32,221 nt of DNA from positions 1-32,221 of the forward strand of contig NW_021829604.1 of NCBI RefSeq assembly GCF_006345805.1, read 5' to 3'. The DNA is from Octopus sinensis. Taxonomy: Eukaryota. Both the position numbers and the translations under genes were made by a program. A model generated the notes under the pieces. It was given only the letters and a program-made list of their open reading frames with translations, did not search any database and was not told where the DNA came from. Shown here in pieces: positions 11,916 through 22,245 of this stretch (its first letter is position 1; each line of letters starts with the position of its first letter).

Positions 11916-12130
11916 GGCGGCGAGCTGGCAGAAACGTTAGCACGCCGGGCGAAATGCGTAGACGTATGTCGTCTGCCGTTACGTTCTGTGTTCAAATTCC
12001 GCCGAGGTCGACTTTGCCTTTCATCCTTTCGAGGTCGATAAATTAAATACCAGTTACGCACTGGAGTCGATGTAATCGACTTAATCCCTTTGTCTGTCCT
12101 TGTTTAGCCCTTGTGGGTAATAGAGAAACA
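11916..12130 (+). mobile_element. SINE family A monomer (3' part of the 5S-SINE chimera)
   Basis: Full head at 11916; TSD GATGGTGGATAA at 11780-11791 and 12131-12142 encloses 5S plus SINE. Confidence 0.9.
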
Positions 12131-13487
12131 GATGGTGGATAAGATGCACCACATGTGCTGTAGAGTTGATGGTGTGGTGTCCCCATAAGCCATGAATAGT
12201 CAAGAAGGAAGCTAAAAAAGGAAAGATATATACAATCCTCTTAAGTACGAAATAGCCAGGCTTTGGAAAATGAAGAAGGGGAAGACAGTGCCAATAATTT
12301 TTGGTTCCTTGGGGACAGTATCAGAAGGCATCAAGGGGAATATAAAGGAAATTGGAATAAAGTGTCCAGTAGAACTGTAACAAAATAAATTAAGTACCAG
12401 TGAAATACTGGGGTCGATATAATCAAATTTGAAGCCTTGTGCCCCCAGTAGAAAGAATTATTATTTATTCCTTCACAGTTTTTTTTTTTTTTTTGTAGCT
12501 CTTGGCGTCCTGTATAGGGAGCAGGCTTCCTGCCTGCAGCCTACAGTACCATGCTACCCATTCTCTTCAGCTATCTGATCCTTCCCTGATTATTCTGGCC
12601 GTGCCAAGGGGGCAAACATTTTGTAACAGTTCTACTGGGCACTCTATTCCAATTTCCTTTATATTCCCCTTGATGCCTTCTGATACTGTCCCCAAGGAAC
12701 CAAAAATTATTGGCACTATCTTCCCCTTCTTCATTTTCCAAAGCCTGGCTATTTCGTACTTAAGAGGATTGTATATATCTTTCCTTTTTTAGCTTCCTTC
12801 TTGACTATTCATGGCTTATGGGGACACACACCATCAACTCTACAGCACATGTGGTGCATCTTATCCACCATCTGTTTCTCTATTACCCACAAGGGGCTAA
12901 ACAAGGACAGACAAACGGATTAAGTCGATTACATCGACTCCAGTGCGTAACTGGTATTTAATTTATCGACCTCGAAAGGATGAAAGGCAAAGTCGACCTC
13001 GGCGGAATTTGAACACAGAACGTAACGGCAGACGAAATACCTATTTCTTTATTACCCACATGAGGCTAAACATAGAGGGGAAAAACAAGGACAGACATAG
13101 GTATTAGTCGATTAGATCGACCCCAGTGCGTAACTGGTACTTAATTTATCGACCCCGAAAGGATGAAAGGCAAAGTCGACCTCGGTGGAATTTGAACTCA
13201 GAACGTAACGGCAGACGAAATACTGCAAAGCATTTCGTCCAGCGTGCTAACGTTTCTGCCAGCTCGCCGCCTTAGACTTGCTCAAAACCACCACATGTGA
13301 CGACGCGGTGAGGTAGCGAAAGTGCTACACTGGAAACTGCGAAATGTGGGGTCTAGATACGGGGCAGACGTGGGATGAACTGAAACAGGAAAAAGTGGTG
13401 GAGCCAAACACTTTGCAAACTCCCCTGGCATTTCCGAATCCAAATAGATCAGGTGCATAACAGACTGGATGTAGTGATGGTGGATAA

Positions 13488-13608
13488 GCTTACGGTCATA
13501 TCACGTTGAAAGCACCGGTTCTCGTCCGATCACCCAAGTTAGGCAACATCGAACCTAGCTAGTACTTAGATGGGGGACTGCTTGGGAAACCTAGGTGCTG
13601 TAAGCATT
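13488..13608 (+). rRNA. RNA5S: Second 5S rRNA retro-copy (part of the local duplication)
   Basis: Same sequence as 11792-11912, followed by the SINE (13612-13827), same TSD at 13476-13487 and 13828-13839. Confidence 0.92.
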
Positions 13609-13827
13609 GAAGGCGGCGAGCTGGCAGAAACGTTAGCACGCCGGGCGAAATGCGTAGACGTATGTCGTCTGCCGTTACGTTCTGTGTTCAAATTCCGCCG
13701 AGGTCGACTTTGCCTTTCATCCTTTCGAGGTCGATAAATTAAATACCAGTTACGCACTGGAGTCGATGTAATCGACTTAATCCGTTTGTCTGTCCTTGTT
13801 TAGCCCCTTGTGGGTAATAGAGAAACA

Positions 13828-14245
13828 GATGGTGGATAAGATGCACCACATGTGCTGTAGAGTTGATGGTGTGTGTCCCCATAAGCCATGAATAGTCAAG
13901 AAGGAAGCTAAAAAAAGGAAAGATATATACAATCCTCTTAAGTACGAAATAGCCAGGCTTTGGAAAATGAAGAAGGGGAAGACAGTGCCAATAATTTTTG
14001 GTTCCTTGGGGACAGTATCAGAAGGCATCAAGGGGAATATAAAGGAAATTGGAATAGAGTGCCCAGTAGAACTGTTACAAAATGTTTGCCCCCTTGGCAC
14101 GGCCAGAATAATCAGGGAAGGATCAGATAGCTGAAGAGAATGGGTAGCATGGTACTGTAGGCTGCAGGCAGGAAGCCTGCTCCCTATACAGGACGCCAAG
14201 AGCTACAAAAAAAAAAAAAAAACTGTGAAGGAATAAATAATAATT
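13828..14245 (+). mobile_element. R4/Dong element 3' end with ORF terminus, 3' UTR and A-rich/(AAT) tail
   Basis: ...IGIECPVELLQNVCPLGTARIIR..., then GGACGCCAAGAGCTAC(A)16CTGTGAAGGAATAAATAATAAT. Confidence 0.8.
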
Positions 14246-14574
14246 CTTTCTACTGGGGGCACAAGGCTTCAAATTTGATTATATCGACCCCAGTATTTCA
14301 CTGGTACTTAATTTATTTTGTTACAGTTCTACTGGACACTTTATTCCAATTTCCTTTATATTCCCCTTGATGCCTTCTGATACTGTCCCCAAGGAACCAA
14401 AAATTATTGGCACTGTCTTCCCCTTCTTCATTTTCCAAAGCCTGGCTATTTCGTACTTAAGAGGATTGTATATATCTTTCTTTTTTTAGCTTCCTTCTTG
14501 ACTATTCATGGCTTATGGGGACACACACCATCAACTCTACAGCACATGTGGTGCATCTTATCCACCATCTGTTT

Positions 14575-14790
14575 CTCTATTACCCACAAGGGGCTAAACA
14601 CAGAGGGGACAAACAAGGACAGACAAACGGATTAAGTCGATTATATCGACCCCAGTGCGTAACTGGTACTTAATTTATTGATCCCGAAAGAATGAAAGGC
14701 AAAGTGGACCTCGGCGGAATTTGAACTCAGAGCGCTGAGACGGATGAAATGTTGTTCAGCGTTTTGTCCGGTGTGGTAACGGTTCTGCCA
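14575..14790 (-). mobile_element. SINE family A monomer (older, diverged head)
   Basis: Reverse complement of the SINE; head GGCGGTGAGCTGGCAGAA ends at 14790. Confidence 0.85.
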
Positions 14791-15280
14791 GCTCACCGCC
14801 TTATGGCGACATAAATACGATGCTGGGAAGTTAAAGAATGTAAAACAGAATAATTGTTTCAGATCAGAAAGGAGGACATTTTGTCATTGATACCAAGAGG
14901 AAATGCTGCCATTGTTTGTGCCAAGCAAAACCACTTAGCAATCCCAGTTGAGCCCTTCACTCACGTTGATCGGATATACGAAACAGTTTCAAGCAATTGA
15001 CCGATAATTTAGGGTATCGGATGGAGGCATAAGTGGTTGAGCAGCTAAAAGATTATGCAAGAGATTAAATCCGAAGAGTTACTTGGAGCAGCCGTCAGAG
15101 AGGTAAGACGTGTTTTTGTTCGCTTCTTTTAAGTTGTCATAATGTTGATTTTGAAGACTGGAGCAAAAGACAAAGTCAGTATGGTATTGACTGGTAATCA
15201 AAGAGATCGATAATTAGTCATTTCAAATTGCAATTTGTGTTTATAGCATCGTTTCTGATTCTTCATTACTTCTTTAGTTT

Positions 15281-16041
15281 GTCCCCTCTATGTTTAGCCC
15301 CTTGTGGGTAGTAAAGAAATAGGTATTTCGTCTGCCGTTATGTTCTGAGTTCAAATTCCGCCGAGGTCGACTTTGCCTTTCATCCTTTCGAGGTCGATTA
15401 AATAAGTACCAGTAAAGCACTGGGGTCGATGTAATCGACTTAATCCGTTTGTCTGTCCTTGTTTGTCCCCTCTGTGTTTAGCCCCTTGTGGGTAGTAAAG
15501 AAACATGTATTTCGTCTGCTGTTATGTTCTGAGTTCAAATTCCGCCGAGGTCGACTTTGCCTTTCATCCCTTCGAGGTCGATTAAATAAGTACCAGTTAT
15601 GCATTGGGGTCGATGTAATCGACTTAATCCGTTTGTCTGTCCTTGTTTGTCCCCTCTGTATGTAGCCCCTTGTGGGTAGTAAAGAAATAGGTATTTTGTA
15701 TGCTGTTATGTTCTGAGTTCAAATTCCGCCGAGGTCGACTTTGCCTTTCATCCTTTCGAGGTCGATTAAATAAGTACCAGTTATGCACTGGGATCGATGT
15801 AATCGACTTAATCCGTTTGTCTGTCCTTGTTTGTCCCTTCTATGTGTAGCCCCTTGTGGGTAGTAAAGAAATAGGTATTTCATCTGTCTTCATGCTGAGT
15901 TCAAATACTGCCGAAGTCGGCTTTGCCTTTTATTCTTTCAGGGTCGATAAACCAAGTACCAGTTGCGTACGGGGGTCGATCTAATTGACAGGTCCCCTCC
16001 CCACAAAATCCAGGCCTTGTGCCTAGAGTAGAGAGGATTAT
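15281..16041 (+). mobile_element. Headless SINE tandem array (tail fragment + ~4 units; last unit has a different tail)
   Basis: Units of ~183 bp starting at ~15323, 15508, 15690 and 15873; last tail is GGCCTTGTGCCTAGAGTAGAGAGGATTA; 11-bp direct repeat TTCTTTAGTTT at 15270-15280 and 16042-16052. Confidence 0.85.
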
Positions 16042-16307
16042 TTCTTTAGTTTAATTGTAAGGCTTAGCACTTTTTTTTAGTTTAAATCTGTGTCGTTTAT
16101 TTTATTAAATAATTGTTTTATATATAAGTGCAAGCATTGCTATGTGATAATAAGGTTGCTTCTAAACTACATGGTTCTGGGTTCAGTGCAAGAACCGTTT
16201 AATATTTGCAATTTTAATAATGAAGTCTGCTTGGTAATGTGGTATATACAAGGTTAGAACAACATGAATCTTCTGTTTACAAACACTAAATTCAGTGAAA
16301 AGGAATA

Positions 16308-16701
16308 TCTTTATATATAAAAGTCAAGCTGTGTGTCTGTTTCCTACGATTTAGATTCCTAACTACTCCCACATTTTTCGGTGCAGTGTAACCAAAACCG
16401 GGTATCTTATAGTCGTCATTCATATCGAGCCCTTCTGGGTATTAACGCGCGTCTACGATGAGTCTACGATTTTAAAAAAATACCATCATTTTTTCCCATT
16501 TTTAATGCATTTTTTTTGCTATTATATAAGGGAAGTAACTCTTTAAAAATGTATTATTAAATCTCAGAACGTAAAAAGCTACAGTAACACCCCGCCTTTG
16601 TGGTTAGCCATATTGAGATGGCTATTATACTTTACATCTCTAAAAATGCTTATATAGTTATTTCCCTTACAAACCCGAGCAACGCCGGGCGATACTGCTA
16701 G
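16308..16701 (+). mobile_element. Non-autonomous Helitron
   Basis: A^TC 5' end (TCTTTATATATAAAAGT), 3' CTAG^T with a GC hairpin CCCGAGCAACGCCGGG ~10 nt upstream; no TSD; a related copy lies at 27489-27840. Confidence 0.8.
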
Positions 16702-16749
16702 TATTTTACAAAAGAGAAACCAAAAAATAACCAAAGAAAGGAGGAAGAA

Positions 16750-17130
16750 CATTACATCAATTCAACACCAAGTGCCTCAGTCAGTCGCACACCTCAAGGT
16801 TCAACAGAACCCACTGAAGCAAGCCAACTCGCTTGCATCATTACTGTGGGTGATGTTGAGGCTAAGGATAAGGTGGCCCAACCCACCTCCAAACATCTCA
16901 AACGCCACAGGCTGGAAAAGATAGTTCACTGTCAGGTCCTGATAGTTCAGGGTTTTGTTCTGATCGGGAACGGAAGCTGTGACCCTGTCATTTACCACAG
17001 CATCCAAGATGTAGGAGGGAGCAAAAGAGTCACTTACTGTGGAGACCCAGATGAGGCACTTACCTCTTACCCAGGGACAGAGAATAAGACCATCCAGTTT
17101 CTTCTCGTCATTTCTGGATAATCCCACTGA
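16750..17130 (-). mobile_element. CRE-clade (RLE) non-LTR retrotransposon endonuclease remnant
   Basis: GLSRNDEKKLDGLILCPWVRGKCLIWVSTVSDSFAPSY...YLFQPVAFEMFG resembles the CRE-type GL.R.DGKRPDG.TL.PW..GK.L.WD.T..DT.APS...Y.F.P.A.ETLG motif; catalytic residues are degenerate. Confidence 0.8.
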
Positions 17131-18374
17131 CCCCAGAACTGAGGGAAATATTAATTCGAGCCAGGACCCGCTTAATGATTAACTATAGCTCCATGTAACG
17201 AGCGAAGCGACCAACATTTAGGTGGCAAGAGAGACCGTGAAGGGCAGTGGTGTCGAGGGGCCAGCCACAGGCTATATCTTGATTTCAAATGAACTATGTT
17301 ATATTGATATAAAGGGTGCCCTTTTTAAGGGCTTAGGGTAACTTTTAACAAGAAATAAGGGTTTAGTAGGGAATAAATTAGAATGAGGGGAACGCATAGT
17401 TCTTTTAGGTTTGTGTGTTACCAATTTAAATTGTGGCGCCATTTAAATAGTGGCGCCAAATTTGTGGCAGCTGGTAATATGACGTAATGTCGTATTGCCA
17501 AGGAAATATGATAGTCGTTTTTCCATTGGTTGAAATAACTGCTCATATAAGAATTCTGAAAATTAGTAAAAGAATATTTTTATGCGATTTCACTTCTTTA
17601 AAGTCAAGTTGAGAAGTTATAAAAACCCTAGATTTTGGGGGAAACTTTAGTGTTTGTGGGATGTTACTCAACTCCACGACACTCACTCCTTGAGATATTG
17701 GCTATTTTTTTATGCTATGTCTATGATAAAAATCCAACAAGACTTATTTGAATTGTTGTGAACTCTAGGGGTTAGTACGAAGGATCAGCTTAGTGTGAAT
17801 TTTAAGTCGTAATTCTCTACGACAAAATGACTTTACTTTCAAATTGTACTATAAAATGCTACATGTACATAAACTAATGTAGTAATTATTTTCTCTTTCT
17901 TCATTTTCTTCAACTTGTTAATGAAATTTATTTCTGCAATTATGAAACCGTATTTTTTTTATAGCGATTAAAAGAAGACGAATTTACTTATTTTTACATA
18001 CATGCATGCATAAAATGTCTGTTAGCGTTTCAGAGTATATATTTCTCGCTATGGGTTTATGTAGCTGGAGTCAGGATTTATGTAAAACAAAATCCCTTAT
18101 AAGTAAGTTATAAGTGACGGGTTTATCAATATATATCCCTACTTCGAAAGTAAAATATATTTATTATCTATTTCAAATAGGAAACATATAAAAATAGTGT
18201 TACACAAAAAGCAACCAAAACCACGATACCAATAATATTTGAAAGAAGAATTCCTTGTTTGTTTTGTAATTGAATGAAAAATATAGTATTTTATTTGTTA
18301 TCATGAATAAATTCCCAGAATATGGGAAAGGAATTGAAATGAAGAACAACAAATGATATATATCCATGTACTCA

Positions 18375-18550
18375 GGTGGCGAGCTGTCGGAATCCTTCCT
18401 CTTTATGTTCTGAGTCCAACTTTCTTTGATGTCAACTTTACCTTTCGCCTTTTCTGGGTTGAGGAATTAAGTACCAGTAGAGCACATGGGTCAAGGCAAT
18501 CCATTTATCCTCGCTTCTAAAACTGCTGGCCTTGTACCAAAGTTTGAAAT
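18375..18550 (+). mobile_element. Degraded SINE (B-type tail ending in (ATT)n)
   Basis: GGTGGCGAGCTG head, TTCTGAGTCCAA, GAATTAAGTACCAG, GGCCTTGTACCAAAGTTTGAA tail. Confidence 0.7.
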
Positions 18551-18558
18551 TATTATTA

Positions 18559-18618
<60 letters not shown>

Positions 18619-18651
18619 CATTATTATTATTAATATTATTATTATTATTAG
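18550..18651. repeat. (ATT)n microsatellite
   Basis: Direct reading. Confidence 0.95.
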
Positions 18652-18936
18652 TCTATGTTTGACTTTTGCTTTATGTTTGTACAAGTTGGCTCCAAGTCTC
18701 ACCCAGAGACCTCAAGAGACAACAGGTTGGAAGTTCACGTTGTTGTTATGCCTAGTGTGCCATATATTTGGGGGTTTTTTTTGGTGTTGTACTAGTGAAT
18801 GTCTAATACATAGTTTAAAAAAAAAAGTTTGTTTTAAACCTTGGGATTACATAGAGAGTATTTTACGTAGGATATGAGCAATTCCCATGAGCACTATCTT
18901 TTGAATTTCTGCCATTTTGGGGTTTCCTGGTATCTG

Positions 18937-18937
<1 letters not shown>
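18652..18937 (-). mobile_element. 5'-truncated R4/Dong-like LINE 3' end
   Basis: Minus strand reads QIPGNPKMAEIQKIVLMGIAHILRKILSM*, the R4/Dong C-terminal motif, then a 3' UTR running into (AAT)n; flanked by (ATT)n on both sides. Confidence 0.8.
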
Positions 18938-18985
<48 letters not shown>

Positions 18986-19016
18986 CATCATCATCATTAT
19001 TACTATTATTATTATT

Positions 19017-19102
<86 letters not shown>
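18938..19102. repeat. (ATT)n/(ATC)n microsatellite
   Basis: Direct reading. Confidence 0.95.
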
Positions 19103-19104
<2 letters not shown>

Positions 19105-19317
19105 AGAGGCGAGCTGGCAGAATCGTTAGCACGATGGGCAAAATGCGTAGCGGCATTTCATCTGCCATTACGTTCTGAGTTCAAATACTGCTGGGGTCAG
19201 CTTTGCCTTTCATCCTTTCGGGGTTGATAAAATTAGTACCAGATACATACTGGGGTTGATGTAATCGACTTAATCTCCTCCTCCAAATTTGAGGCCTTGT
19301 ACTTCCAGTTGAAAGGA
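19105..19317 (+). mobile_element. SINE (family A head/body, B-type tail)
   Basis: GGCGAGCTGGCAGAATCGTTAGCAC...GAGTTCAAATAC...GGCCTTGTACTTCCAGTTGAAAGGA. Confidence 0.85.
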
Positions 19318-20428
19318 TCATCATCATCATCATCACCACCACCACCACTACCACCACCACCACCACCACCACCGCCACCACCGTCGTCATCATCATCATC
19401 ACCACCACCACAACCACCACCACCACCACTACCACCACCATCGTCATCATCATCATCACCACCACCTCAACAACCACCACTACCACCACCATCGTCATCA
19501 TCATCACCACCACCACAACCACCACCACCACCACTACCACCACCATCGTCATCATCATCATCACCACCACCTCAACAACCACCACTACCACCACCACCAC
19601 CATCGTCATCATCATCACCACCACCACAACCACCACCACCACCACTACCACCACCATCGTCATCATCATCATCACCACCACCTCAACAACCACCACTACC
19701 ACCACCATCGTCATCATCATCACCACCACCACAACCACCACCACCACCACTACCACCACCATCGTCATCATCATCATCACCACCACCTCAACAACCACCA
19801 CTACCACCACCATCGTCATCATCATCACCACCACCACACCCCACCACCACCACCACCACCACCACCACAACCACCACCATCGTCATCATCATCATCACCA
19901 CCACCACAACCACCACCACCACCACTACCACCACCATCGTCATCATCATCACCACCACCACAACCACCACCACCACCACTACCACCACCATCGTCATCAT
20001 CATCACCACCACCACAACCACCACCACCACCACTACCACCACCATCGTCATCATCATCACCACCACCACCACTACCACCACCATCGTCATCATCATCACA
20101 CCACCACCACAACAACCACCACCACCATCGTCATCATCATCACCACCACCACCACTACCACCACCATCGTCATCATCACCACCACCACCACCACACCACC
20201 ACCACCACACCACCACCATCGTCATCATCATCATCACCACCACCACAACCACCACCACCACCACGTTCGTCATCATCATCATCACCACCACCACAACCAC
20301 CACCACCACCACCACCACAACCACCACCATCGTCATCATCATCATTACCACCACCACAACCACCACCACCACCACTACCACCACGTTCGTCATCATCATC
20401 ACCACCACCACCACAACCACCACCATCG

Positions 20429-20460
<32 letters not shown>
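19318..20460. repeat. 1.15-kb compound (CCA)n/(TCA)n minisatellite with ~51-54 bp units
   Basis: Repeats of CCACCACCATCGTCATCATCATCA with CAA/CTA variants; source of the Pro/Ser/Thr/Val/Met ORFs on both strands. Confidence 0.95.
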
Positions 20461-20474
20461 TGTTATAAAAAACT

Positions 20475-21000
20475 TTCGGATGGTTCTTAATTACCGATTG
20501 TTCTTTACTTGAAATCAGACAATAACAAATCACCAAAGGTGTTAAGTGGTGCCTTTCTCCCGTGACTCAAAGAGACCAACACTCTCCTTAGAATGTGAGC
20601 TATACCCAACAATGCTGACTTCTGGATCACCTCGAGCCTGACAGTAGCCCCAATATTCTTAATATGTTTTTCAAAGCCCTTGAAAACTGCCCCTAATGCT
20701 CTAATTACCCCCTGTATCACCATTACTTTCCTTATGCCCCATAATTTTCCTATCTCATCTCCACAGTAGCTAGTATTTCTCACTCTTTTCTGTTTCCTTA
20801 CATTTCACCCTTTAATCGCCTGCTATTGCTACATCGATTATCTTTGCTTCTTTTTCATCTTTATGGATGAGCACAATATCTAGTCGTCTCGCCTCAATGA
20901 CTTGGTCGCAATGCATATTAAAATCCCAGAGTATTTTGTAATGTTCGTTTTCTATTACCCCCTCTAACTTGTGTTCATACCATTGTTCGGCTCTCTCGAG
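20475..21000 (-). mobile_element. R4/Dong-clade LINE RLE domain fragment
   Basis: WYEHKLEGVIENEHYKILWDFNMHCDQVIEARRLDIVLIHKDEKEAKIIDVAIAGD...DEIGKLWGIRKV...IQKSALLGIAHILRRVL. Confidence 0.88.
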
Positions 21001-21013
21001 GTTGTTGTTGTTG

Positions 21014-21078
<65 letters not shown>

Positions 21079-21632
21079 GAGTGAGAGAGCAGTGCATGCC
21101 ATCAAAGTGACACTGGGGTAAAATATACGAAGCCTAGTATACCCATCATGACTACCCGTCTGATAAGGGTACACCAGGCACATGCATCACAACCATATGT
21201 GCGCGACATGGTGATCCCATATCAAGATAAACAGCGCATGACCTTGCAGGTGGGGCCTAGTTAGAATTTTCTTTTGGTCGAATAATCCATCCCGCTCAAA
21301 AGGTCCCTGAATAAGGATTGTTTAAGGCTGTTGAACGAACCACCCATGTTTCCAAAAGTGAAATATCCAAACCTCTAAGAATTCCTTTCAACACATGGCT
21401 ATGATGCTCCCCCACTACTTCTGCTTGTGATCAGAGATGCACATATCGTCAGCCACTAAGGGACATGCTCAACTGGTTATGGTCAAACAACTGACAAGCA
21501 AATCTGTGGTATTGAGCAGAATATTTGCTGTAGCCCATCTTTTATACCAAGACAAAACAATGTACATGATAACACTTCCAATCAGTTAAGATCAGAAGCC
21601 ATGAGAGCCACTGCCTGGTACTGCATCAGGAC

Positions 21633-21637
<5 letters not shown>
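21079..21637. mobile_element. ~560-bp non-coding interspersed element embedded in (ATT)n
   Basis: Unique-looking sequence bracketed exactly by (TTA)n 21001-21078 and (ATT)n 21637-21757; no ORF. Resembles a high-copy octopus repeat from memory (unverified). Confidence 0.5.
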
Positions 21638-21685
<48 letters not shown>

Positions 21686-21687
21686 TA

Positions 21688-21741
<54 letters not shown>

Positions 21742-21756
21742 TATTATTATTATTAT

Positions 21757-22167
21757 TCAGTAGTTTTATTTTTATAGCGTGCTTTCACTTCACTACCGAG
21801 CGCAGCTCTGTGTGCCTTGGGTATGTGCTGTGATTTGTTGTGATGCTCTGATGGTTATTGTATGGAAAGTGTTCTGCGTAGGATGTGTGCAGTGCCTAGT
21901 AGTGCAATTTTCTGTATGTTATATGTGTTTGTAAGTCCTGGTGTTTTTGTTATGTATTTGTCTGAATATTTTTTTATCATGCCTAATGCACCTACTATGA
22001 TAGGAATTGTTTCTGTTTTCAGATTCCACATTCTGGTTACCTCTATTTCCAGGTCTTTGTATTTTGAGAGTTTCTCCATTTCTTTTAGAGACACGTTGTT
22101 ATCAGCCGGTATTGATACATCAATTAGAAAGCATTTATTTTTCTTCATGATCTCTGACAACTATATC

Positions 22168-22170
<3 letters not shown>
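21757..22170 (-). mobile_element. 5'-truncated R4/Dong LINE 3' end (little decayed)
   Basis: CFLIDVSIPADNNVSLKEMEKLSKYKDLEIEVTRMWNLKTETIPIIVGALGMIKK...IQKIALLGTAHILRRTLSIQ*; (ATT)n on both flanks. Confidence 0.9.

Positions 22171-22245
<75 letters not shown>

Larger units (their letters stand above)
11594..12385 (+). mobile_element. R4/Dong element continuation (RLE endonuclease region), split by the 5S-SINE insertion
   Basis: AKVLHWKL...RLDVVMVDK|MHHMCCRVD...KYEIARLWKMKKGKTVPIIFGSLGTVSEGIK, the PD-(D/E)xK region of RLE elements; the 5S-SINE occupies 11792-12130. Confidence 0.8.
12105..14600. repeat. ~0.9-kb near-perfect inverted repeat pair (12105-13034 vs 13667-14600) overlapping a ~1.06-kb direct duplication (11322-12385 vs 13018-14082)
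   Basis: T-run 12479-12494 mirrors A-run ~14207-14222; 12386 pairs with 14315 (coordinate sum 26701); 5S copies are 1696 bp apart; only a few SNP/homopolymer differences. Confidence 0.9.

Noticed and set aside
11792-13608. Two 5S copies 1,696 bp apart as a functional 5S rDNA tandem array
   Set aside because: Each is fused to a SINE, enclosed by a TSD inside a LINE, lacks an oligo-T terminator, and the second copy is part of a local duplication.
12502-14199. ORFs MASCIGSRLPACSLQ... present twice
   Set aside because: Antisense reading of the duplicated R4/Dong 3' end.
14863-15102. 240-nt segment with good acceptor (TTTCAG) and donor (GAG|GTAAGA) and Cys/His-rich text suggestive of a B-box
   Set aside because: All three frames contain stops (four in the phase-1 frame), about what random sequence gives; no convincing motif spacing.
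9718-15665. Recurrent small ORFs MRNWYLIYRPRKDERQSRPRRNLN... (also at 25217-25468 and 27756-28151)
   Set aside because: Antisense/alternative-frame translations of SINE family A; recurrence reflects copy number, not a gene family.
9770-16041. Regularly spaced ~180-bp repeats that could be mistaken for a CRISPR array or a hammerhead retrozyme array
   Set aside because: Units are contiguous SINE bodies with no unique spacers, the context is eukaryotic with no cas genes, and neither strand of the unit contains a CUGANGA/GAAA core.
19181-20490. Long ORFs (397, 229, 223 aa) resembling extensin/mucin/formin-like proteins
   Set aside because: Pure products of the CCA/TCA repeat, which lacks stop codons in several frames; no splice or codon evidence.
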